A DNA stretch of 63,985 nt, counting the filler, from Circinaria calcarea (Eukaryota): the NCBI GenBank assembly GCA_051942165.1. It is 4 parts of 4 records of this genome, joined end to end, with 100 filler letters (N's around TTAATTAATTAA, not from the genome) between each part and the next. Parts side by side here need not be neighbours in the genome. Positions count along the whole stretch, not along the records: positions 50,512 to 63,985 come from JAVECS010000497.1; 3 more parts are not named here. One strand, given 5' to 3'. Position 1 is the stretch's first letter, and every line of letters begins with the position of its first letter. This document shows positions 53,877 to 63,985 of the stretch, one piece after another. Position numbers and translations under genes: made by a program. The notes beneath the pieces were generated by a model that searched no databases, was not told the origin of the DNA, and saw only the letters and a list, made by a program, of their open reading frames with translations.

Positions 53877-56800
53877 ATGGAAAACCAAGGTGCGGTACCA
53901 CAGTCTCAGATTCTCGTCAAAGCAGATGAGGTCGACGAGGCTGGTGTAGATATCTCCACAATTTCCACAACCGATGATGGCAGTCTCGATGCTCAGATAG
54001 AAGCACGGCAGAAACACAACACCACAAAACCTCTCGCGAATGCTGTATCATCCACGAGGCCAATCTTACGACGCGAAGCTTCAGCGCCACCGCCTCCAAA
54101 GCAGCCACCTCCTCCAGCTCCCCACCAAGAAGAACCTAACCCAACGGATTCCCTCAGTCTAGCGCAGCTAAAAAGGCTTGTCTCAGATCTACCAAAACTT
54201 GAAGCCGCAGCCTATGCTTACAAATACGAAGACACCCGGACTTTCCCAGAGGAGCTGGAGGAATGGTTTCAATATACAGAGGAAGATAAGCATATGTTGA
54301 CAAAGGGAAAGGTGGCCTTCACCACTAAATGGTCGCGGTATCCTGCTTCAAACGGAGGCAAGTTGTGGTTAAAAGCTGATCCAGAAGAGCGAGCAAAATT
54401 CGTTGAGAGCCTGCTTCAAGACCTACCACAGCTTGATTACCCCGAACAAGTGAAAAATCTGGGCGCCCTGTCGTATATCGTACTCGGGATATGGAACGAT
54501 ACTGCAGGGCTCGAAGACGACTCAACAGAGTCAAATAGCGTCAATTATCAACCTCCCAACGATCGATACCGCAAGTGTAGCGAGCAGGTACGATGGATAC
54601 ATGATGGGGCAAAGATTCTCTACGAAGTTGGGGCTGAACAGAAGCTTTACGACATTTTGCGGACACTGTTGGATAGTGATAAGTCAGTTGTACTATTCCC
54701 TTCTTTTGTACAAAGGGTCGAGCTTATCAGGTACTCCAGGACGAATGACATGACTAACGAATCTTCGAATCTTCCGACTAATCATGAAGCCACTGCTGGG
54801 GGACCCATGAAACGACTAGGTCTCGGTTATGTTATGACGATTATGTATGTTATGATAGAGTCAGGACGCCAACAGGCGTTTGAAGGCGGAGAGGATAGTA
54901 TGCGACATGCAATTGGTAGGCGTATAGCTTTTGAGTTACGTACAGTAGCTAATAGAAGATATCTCAGTCGCTTTGGAGCCTAATCTGTTGCACTTCCTAA
55001 GCTCTTTAGTTGCCAAGTTACGATGGGACGACTCGTCCGATATCCCTCTTACTAGGGTATGTTTCTTTTGCCAGTGTTACAACATAGCACTAATACTTCT
55101 ATTACAAGGTTATCCTTCTCCTATGGAAGTCCATTCTTTTGGTTCTTGGAGGCACTAGGCAGCTGACGGATGGTAAATGCGCACTTCGTAAAGAATGTAA
55201 GGGGACAGATGATCAAGAAAGCAGCACCTATATCACTGCATCGCCACTTGATTATCATCTTTTTCGACAGGAAATAACTTCCAAATACCCTGCATACAAC
55301 CCTCCCCCTCCGCTGGTTCCCATTGAACCAGAGAATAGCTCGGTGCTGCCTCCTTTGCCTAGCCATCCGAGTCGAAACGGCAGTCAGGATAATGTGCAAC
55401 TTACAACAATCCCAGGTGTCAATGGCAACGGCCGTTCGATATTCCATCAACCTGTCCACATAGCTACTCCTGCACCTTCGCCGCCTCCTTCGCCGGCTGG
55501 CCCTGGTGGCAAGGGAGGAAAGAAACAAAACTATCAAACTAACCAGAACTTTCCTTTCCTCTATCCTCCTCTCGATGATAGTAGTAACACTATTGGTGGT
55601 AAAGGCAATGCCGGCCTCCAGGACCATCTTGTCGGCAAAAGATGGGAGGGCAGTGATATCCCAGCTTCAATCTTGGAGGCGGGCCAGCTTTTTGCAAGTA
55701 GAATGCGAATGACACGATCACTACGTCAGCTCTGGGATGTGCGAGAAAAATACATGTCATTCGAAAGAGGATGGGAGAACTCGGAAACACAGAGCCAAGG
55801 GCAAGAACTAAAGCTCGACATCTTAAGTCTCCAGCACGATGAAACAAGCGATTACGAGACTAGCAGTCGACCTCCACGAACTGAGAGTCGACTGGGTGAA
55901 ACAGAAAATGAAGATCTCCAACAACGTCTAAATGCAGTTGAGGATTACTATGTAAGGCACAAGACTTTCGAAAAGCACCCACTGGATACTGATCTATGCT
56001 TTCAGCGGAGTTCTTTGCCTCATCTCCAATCTATTGTCATTGTACTCTTGAAGATCGTCCTCTCAAATGTTACAGCCTTCACGGCCCAACCCTCTCTCAC
56101 AGGGCACGGTAATGGTCAAAACGGGATACCAAACTCATTTTCACTTCAAGATGACCATGATACGGAACCAATTCTTCGAATACCCAAGAACAACCTGAAC
56201 TTGGGCAAGCAACTCAATGGTCAAGGGAATGGATCCCGTGCTGAGACCGAGTATGGTCCTGGCCAAGATATTGAGGAGAAGAATGCTATTCGTCTTCGGG
56301 AGATCACGTCAAAGGCTATCGCTGGTATCCTCCTCGTACTGCTACGATGGTTCAAGCTCTCACGTAAGATACGGGTGCGACAGTTTTTTTGAAGGTGTAA
56401 TCTGACGGTGTCTAGATGTTTTAAAATTCGAGTACTTAACCCAGCTTCTACTAGACTCTAACTATCTCCCACTCGCTCTTAAGTTCTTTGCCCATCAGGA
56501 CTTTGATCGCGCAGTGGGCAACAGAAATGATATTGAAGATCTAGGGTATCTTTGTTGATGATGCAACTAGTAATCGACAGATCCACTGACCTTAACTAGG
56601 TTCTTCCATACATGCCAGAAAAATTCTAAGAATCCTCCTCCACCGCCACCTTCCCTATTCGCCTCTTCCTCTTCTTCAAGCGAGGATGAAGCACAGCCGC
56701 CCCCTATCCCCAAGCACCGCCAAAGTCCCACCTCTAGTTCCTTACCCCCATCGCCTCGCTCGTCACCATCCCCTCCTCCCCTGCGTCCCGAAGTCGACGA

Positions 56801-57419
56801 ACTAGGTTATCCCACAACTGCCATACCTCAAGAGCCACTCACAACGTATGCTCCTCGATTCTTCTACACCACCATCACTCACCTTCGTCTCCTTCAAAAG
56901 ATCACGAAACGCAAAGCCCATCGTGCCTTGCTTCTTGTCCAATATAAGTCTAGCACTATCCTCCGCAAAGCACTCAAGATACCCCAGCCCGATCTCCGCC
57001 TTTACACCCTGAAGCTTTTCAAATCTCAAGTTCCATATTGTGGCAGAAAATGGAGGCAGAGCAATATGCGCGTCATTACTGCAATCTACCTCCACTGCAA
57101 GCCAGAATTGCGAGATGAATGGTTGGCAGGCGGCGACGTGGATGGCGTTGTGGAGGAAGCTGTGCCTCTGGAGCAAGCAGGTCGGAGTCTAGTGCATTGG
57201 TGGCATCTGAGAGAGTATAGAGATGTAATGGAGGGAGGTGGGATCATGGAGAAGCGTGACACGGAGAAGGATGACTTTTTTGCCAGGGAATTGGAGAGAA
57301 TGGGATGGGATGGTGGGGGCTTGGCTGAGACTCAAGAAGACGGAGGAGGGGAAGGAGAAAGCGCTTCGGGCGGTGGTACTGAATGGGATGGGGGTCCGTT
57401 GCAATTAGAAGGATGGTAA
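53877..57419 (+). CDS. FAR11: STRIPAK complex subunit Far11/Ham-2/Pro22 (STRIP1 family)
   Basis: TDSLSLAQLKRLV, YKYEDT..FPEELEEWF, ITASPLDYHLFRQEITSKYPAY, YQTNQNFPFLYPP, RLREITSKA, WRQSNMRVITAIYLHCKPELRDEWLAG; multi-exon. Confidence 0.93.
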
Positions 57420-58317
57420 TTGGGAGCAAAGCTTGATGAATAGATACAAGGTTTCCGAGAAGTTGTATAATGGAATAGTATTTAAGTGCAAAAAATGCGT
57501 CTTGATAGTAAAGAGGGTTATGACTTCAGTTGTTGTTTTATGACTATCTTGTTCGTATAGCAGGAGACTAGTTTTTCTTTAGTATATGTTATTCGGACTT
57601 CTCTGAGCATGTATAAACCTAACAAGAGACAACTAGTATGGGTTTGCTTTCTACCCGCCACTCTAGAGATCAACTCTTTTAACCGAAGCCTTATACAATC
57701 AAGGATGTATGACATTTGATGAGATTGATTCGTATAGGGGAGGACCTTCAGCATCATATTATTACATTGGGCAACAACTCCTACTCCCCCACCTCGACCT
57801 CAATAGATGGTCTCATCTTGCTTCTATGAAGACTTGCTCATTGATGACCGACCTCCCTGCTCTCAGGCGCACAGAAGATGATCTCCTCACCTGATGGCTG
57901 TTAAGGCGACGTGTTGGCTATAGAAGCAGCCTCTCGAGGCTAGAATAGTTTATATAGCTGTGCGGAAGTGTGCTGGGTATTTTCATGTTTGTCTCTTGCA
58001 GCATAACATTCAAGAGTGTTTCAAGTCTACTCATCAATCAAGTCACTATTAACGCTATTGGGTTATCTGGTGTATTCCATAATGCCCATCGTCTCCCTTT
58101 GAATCTATTAAGATGTACTCGGCATAGGGGTATCCGTAATGTAGGGCTGAAATCGCGCTAGAGATTTAGAGCTTCGGGCTCACGTTGCCCTTGATTGCCT
58201 ACCAAATAGACATATTGATTAGGCATTCAACTCTCCCAAGTCCCCTTCTACTTTTCAATACGCTTCTTGAACCACTGTGTTCCTCGAACCTTACACTGGG
58301 ACTTACTTATCTCTGCC

Positions 58318-59247
58318 ATGTTCAGGAATAACTATGACAACGAAGCCGTTACTTTGTAGGCATACCTCAATACTGCAGTTTGATTCATGGAGCTGATCTG
58401 ATATTCCAGCTCGCCCCAGGGTCGGATATTTCAAGTCGAATATGCATTGGAAGCACTGAAGCAAGGATCGGTTTCAGTAGGCCTCGTCAGCAAAACACAT
58501 GCCGTCCTGGTCGCGCTCAAGGTATACTCTCGCCCGGTACCTGAAAGTATGCGAAGCTGCTAACACAGCTGCAACGCATAGCGCAGTCCAGAAGAACTCT
58601 CCTCCTATCAGAAAAAGATTACCGGCATAGATGACCACCTCGCGGTCGCCATCGCCGGTCTCGCCTCCGACGCCCGCGTCCTCCAGAATTTCATGAAGCA
58701 ACAAGCCCTCGCCTCGAAAATGACATACGGACGACCCATTCCCCTAGAACGCATTGCCAACCAGATCGGTGAGCGCGCGCAGTTTAATACCCAGTCATAC
58801 GGAAAGCGGCCCTACGGCGTCGGGCTTCTGGTAGCCGGAGTGGACGAAACCGGACCCCACCTCTTTGAGTTTATCCCTTCCGGCCTTACACAAGAGATGC
58901 TAGCCTGTGCGATAGGGGGAAGGAGTCAGATGGCACGGACATACCTAGAGCGTCACCTGGACGAGTTTGCGAACGCGAGTAGAGAGGAGTTAATTAGTCA
59001 CGGGTTAAAGGCGCTCAAGGAGAGTATGTCGCAAGATAAGGAGTTGACGATTGATAATACGAGTATCGGGGTGATTGGTACTATTATGGAGGGGAAGAGG
59101 AAAGGGAAGGTGGAGAGTTTTAAGCTATATGATGGGCCGGAGATAGGACCGCTATTGGAGGCTTGCTTGGAGACGGGACAGGGAGGGGAAGGAGGGACGG
59201 CAGAGGAAGGTGCTACGGCGGGAGAGTCAATGGATGTGGATTCATAG
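58318..59247 (+). CDS. PRE5: 20S proteasome subunit alpha-6 (PSMA1-type)
   Basis: [72 protein letters not shown]; two introns. Confidence 0.96.
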
Positions 59248-60141
59248 GGAGCGATGTACTTTTAGATGGCGTGCGAGGTCAACTCACGAAGCATTTCAAC
59301 ACTATCTAGAGGTGCCTCTGCACATCCTCAACAGTCTATCTGTACCCGTAAGATACGTATTCAGTACAGAAATCACTGCAACAGTAACACCAGCTCCCTC
59401 GCTATCCTTACCTAACCCCTTACAAACCAGCCCTACCCACCCGCTAACAATCTATATACCCCCACAGTATTCATTCACAGCGGCGAAACCGCCTCGGTGT
59501 ATCCGAGCTCTCTCTTTCTTAGATCAGGATGATGGACTAGTTGAGATACCTTGACGGCTAGCTTAAAAGCAAATGCTGCCTAGGCTGAGGAAGACCCCAA
59601 AAAACCAAGATAGAGAAATGAATAAAGCGGCAAGAGGCCCAGTTCGAGATGGGTCATGTGCTCGAAAATTCATTTTTGCCCTTTTTCATATTAGCTGGTT
59701 GAGATTTGGGGGTCATGTAAGGTTGGGTGTTCTCGGATCATAAGGGAAGGGGTAAGAGCTGGGAGGGTGGGTGAGTATGTTGATGGCTTGAATTGTGCCT
59801 GAGCTATCCGAATACAGAATTGGAAGCTGTACGGTAGTTCGTCACCACCTTCCCACACGCTCAGCATACGGAAAAGGATGCTGCTAGCTGCTCTATGATT
59901 GGTCTAGGGCTAGAATCTGAAGATGTATAAGAACACGGGCTGCTCCGTTGATTTGCCTTGACTATGAACATGCTTATAAGTGAGCAAGCAGATGTCAGCT
60001 GTGATTCATAATTTACGATAATTAGCAGAGCTTACCGTAAGTACTTGGAGATATAAATGGTTGTAGTCATCTCTTCGTGTCTTCTTATTCGTCATTACCG
60101 GTATATACTAACTCACACCCTCCTGGGGTTTGGAATGTCTT

Positions 60142-60908
60142 TTAATTCTGGCTCCATTCCAAATCAAATCTTCCCTCTGCCATCCGATACTCTCTCAGCT
60201 GCTGAATGACCTCCTCAGCATCCAGAGCCTCTACCAATATTCCTGCATTTCCGGGAGCTATGAAGCCGGCGCTCACTGCCGTCTTCACCCATTGGATCAA
60301 GCCGTCATAGTACCCTTCAACATTAAACACCACAATTCCTTTTCCGTGAATCCCTAGCTGGTTCCAAGTGATGACCTCAAACAACTCTTCCAATGTACCG
60401 TATCCCCCGCTTAAGGCCACAAACCCGCTTCCAGGTCCGCCTTCAATTACCTCTTTCGCCATGAGTTGTTTCCTCGTGTGCATATCCTTCACCACCGTCA
60501 TACGGCCATATTGTTGATCTGCAGCAATGGAAGTTTTAGACAAACTCGAGCCAATTTCGTGACCTGACTGCTCGTACTTCACCAAAGGCGCTGGAATGAT
60601 GCCATGCACCGAGGATGGACCGGAAAGCGAGACGAGGGTACGTGCTATTTCTCCCATTATACCTCGAGTACCACCCCCATAGACGAGGGAGATGGAGTGA
60701 GCATGAAAAGCCTGTGCTAACGATCTAGCTGCGGCAAGATGAGCTGGAGCTGTGCCAGGGGTAGACCCGCAGCTGGGATTGAACGTTAACGAGAGTGGAG
60801 AAGGGGAAGTTGAGAGGGGAGACATTACAAGACGCAGATGACTGCTCCCTTGGGTTTAGGCGCCGGCGTGGTAGAAGGGGGAATCATGATCGGTATGGGG
60901 GAGGCCAT
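60142..60908 (-). CDS. LOG (Lonely Guy) family phosphoribohydrolase
   Basis: Spliced ICVF|CGS, LVYGGGTRGIMG, VKDMHTRKQLM, SGGYGTLEELFEVITWNQLGIHGK. The ATG used by the ORF track lies inside the intron. Confidence 0.9.
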
Positions 60909-61266
60909 TGAGTGCCCAAAGAAGAATATTAGAGATCAGACTGCCTAACGGCCTTTATATACAGTGATGTCAGATGTGATTTGTTAGTGAATTTACGGAT
61001 TCGAATGTTCTCTGGCATGGAGTGTAAATGGAAATTGAGAACAGATCATGAGCGCACGGCTTCTTACAGAAGTATTATTTGCTTCGTCGGTACCACTTAT
61101 GAGGTTATGACGTTCTCGATCACTGCAGCCCTAAAGGTTAAACCAAAATTATACCATTGTACTATTCATCGCCGGGTAAATTCAGGGTCCTCGTACGTGG
61201 ATAGGCATTCCCAATCTTAGTGATAACTTCCCAGGCATCTTACACGGCGTGAGGCTTGAAGCAAAT

Positions 61267-63340
61267 ATGCCTCAAGCAACCCAGAATGTAGATGCTGGTA
61301 CGCCGCAGCGGGCCGGAATGAGCGTAAGCATTGGTCCTCGTGTTCTGGCTGGGGATAAGTCGAGTACTTCGCTGATCAGTTCTAGTCGTCCATCAAGTCC
61401 GCATCTCAAGCATTTATTCTCTTCTTCATCGGCCAATTCGTGATCTCAAAGCTCCTTGGAACTACTCAGACCCCTGGTTCCAGTGCGGTTTCCCCAGTTC
61501 CTTCGTATGAAGCCAAACCGGCTGGCACTGTTGCGGATTACAATCCTATACCACAGACCATTGTACCGATATGGCCGATGAACAGCACCCTGGATATCAA
61601 CATCTATGTGTCGCCATCGCTAGTCATGCCATCGCTAAACCATGTAGCGACGGAGACTTTGGTGTTAGAAGAGAAAGGCTTTACGTTGGGTAATTGGAAA
61701 GATAAGCGGGAAATTGACACCACGTTTACTGTCCCCAAAGAAGTCCAGAACCAGGGAACTCTTTGGGCCCATTTCTACGTTGCTTTGCAAGGACATTCAC
61801 TTGACCCGGCTGCTAAGGACTACGACGTTGCAAAAGCATATCACTTCTTTCGGCCTCTAAACCAGGTTTTGCCCAGGAAGAAAGTCAAAAAAACAAAGAA
61901 GCTTCTAGGCAGCTCTAATACTACCGCGGACGTGGTAGACGACACACCAGTGGCTCCCACTTTTGCGTCATATTATCACCCAAACTTTACCATGTCATTT
62001 ATCCCGGATTCTGGCATTCAAAACTATGTCAACATGCATCCTGCAGTACGGCAACATGTCAACCTTGAGAGTACTGGAGCGAGAGATGCCTCTGGTCAGA
62101 ACGGATGGTATTACCCTACTCTTTTTGTAAATACCTTCTGGCAGCTTAGAGATCATATGACTGAACTGAATTCGTCTGTCACAACGCTGCCTTTACACAT
62201 CACCCTAAACAATATGAACAACTGGAAGTTTAGCCTCTATGCGAGCATAGACGAAGGCGTCAAGCAAAACCAGAAGCAAGTTGCTAATGGTGGGCCAGTA
62301 CCCGCCGCGGGCGATGGTAGCGAATTTGAAGAATTCAAGAGGGTGTTGGTTGATACTAATATATACCTACTTTCAACAACGGTGTTCGTGACGATTTTGC
62401 ACATGGTCTTTGAGGCGTTGGCTTTCAAAAGCGATATCGTAAGTATAACAAACTGATCTCACTTGAGGCTCATACTGAACACTACAGTCACACTTCCGAA
62501 ACAAAAAGGACAATGTCGGTATCTCTGTCCGTACGATTCTTGCCAACGTTTTTATGCAAACAATTATTTTCTTGTATCTATTGGACAATAGCGATGGAAC
62601 TTCATGGATGATCATGTTCGGTCAAGGGATGGGGATCCTTCTTGAGGCCTGGAAGATCACCAAGGTTGTCGATGTTCGAGTCCGACAAGCTCCTCCAGAC
62701 TCTTGGATTCCCTACCGAGTGACCTTTGAAGATAAGCATAAGCTGTCCGAGACCGAGCAAAAGACCAAGGAATACGATGAGATAGCTTTCCGGTATCTTT
62801 ATCTCGTGGCAATCCCGCTTCTGGGTGCCTACGCGATCTATAGCGTTCTGTATGATACGCACAAAAGCTGGTATAGCTTCGTGATCACTACTCTTGTGGG
62901 AAGTGTATATGCATATGGCTTTTTGATGATGGTGCCAAGTCTGTATATCAATTATCGCTTGAAGGTATGCTGAATGATCGTCATATTCCGTTGATTGACT
63001 AATTGAATAACAGAGCGTGGCCCACATGCCCGCCAAGGCAATGACCTACAAGTTCTTGAACACTTTTATCGATGATCTTTTTGCATTCACCATCAAAATG
63101 CCGACACTACATCGTCTGGCGACTCTTCGCGACGACGTCATCTTCTTTGTATACTTGTATCAGAGCTGGAAGTACAAGGTCGACTACACCCGTGTCAATG
63201 AGTTTGGCCAGGGAGGAGGTGACGAGGAATTGGAAGAGAAGATGGCGAACAAACCATTGGCTGCACCGGCTGAAGCTGACACAAAAGCCGCCGCAAAGGC
63301 TACGGGCTCGGAGAAGAGCTCTGTGAAAAAGCGGAAGTAG
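61267..63340 (+). CDS. CLPTM1-family multi-pass membrane protein
   Basis: YPTLFVNTFWQLRDHM, EEFKRVLVDTNIYLL, FEALAFKSDI, LYLLDN..TSWMI, EAWKITK, YGFLMMVPSLYINYRLK|SVAHMP, YKFLNTFIDDLFAF, DYTRVNEFG. Confidence 0.93.
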
Positions 63341-63985
63341 GATAGTATGTGTCAGCTCCAAATATTGCTATTCCTTGGAAGACGCCTCCTTTCCATGAAT
63401 ATTGCTTTTGCTGACATTGATTATCCCGTGCTTCGTCCGTTGAATAGATGGCTCCAATAATATTGATGTCTTTCTCATCGGAATCTGGTTTGGACCCACG
63501 GACGCTATATCTCCTTATCTGGCGACTGTCCATATAGACAGATAGAAATTCTCACAATTGAAGAGTTGTCCACGAACCGAGAGGACAACGGTCACTGCAG
63601 ATTTCGCACTTGCAACTTACCAACGATCCCGATACATCCGATTTCATCCCTGAAGAATAATCGCAAGCAATCCATAACCCCGACAAACAGTCAGTCAAAG
63701 TCTTATCCACCCTTCGTCAACCAAAGGGAAGTCCCCCATTTTCTCTCTCCTCCGCCACCCCCTTTCTCGCTCAACACGAAAACCACACGGATCTCAGTAT
63801 TCACCGTCCACCATCCACCCCCTTTTCGATCCAGGGGGGATCTTATTTTCCTAGGAATTTCCCCCATTCATTCTCCTCGTAAAGTCGGTAAGTTCGTAAA
63901 ACGGGGGACTTTTACGTATTAGATGCGATCGCGGCACTCTTTTTAAGTTAGATAGTTCTGCATGATTTCCCCCCTTCCCCACCAC

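Overview
Eukaryotic, intron-containing DNA from a filamentous ascomycete (Pezizomycotina-type short GT-AG introns with CTRAC/CTAAT branch sites). The window is four contig pieces joined by an artificial N44-TTAATTAATTAA-N44 linker, so adjacency across 16768-16867, 33605-33704 and 50412-50511 is not evidence of linkage. Most of it is housekeeping genes: aspartyl-tRNA synthetase (partial), KOG1/Raptor, a Kel1/Tea1-like kelch protein, casein kinase I (truncated), profilin and GOT1 (both missed by the ORF track because their exons are tiny), NCA2, SEC4, an AAA-ATPase fragment, VPS41, PSE1/KAP121, CCT7, MSS1, FAR11/STRIP, PRE5, a LOG-family enzyme and a CLPTM1-family protein. The most unusual items are: (1) an intronless HET-domain gene broken by a single in-frame TAG, with the frame open for about 124 more codons (nonsense allele, readthrough or UAG-to-UGG editing); (2) a probable single 744-aa secreted protein joining a DPBB-like domain, a (KG[AT]TPP)11 array, a Cys patch, a 25-aa Pro/Ser/Thr repeat and a basic tail; (3) a 387-bp MITE-like element upstream of GOT1; (4) a 46-bp inverted copy that truncates VPS41 at a contig end, probably an artefact. 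No prokaryote-type system (CRISPR, defence island) is present, and I cannot establish a new biological system from sequence alone.
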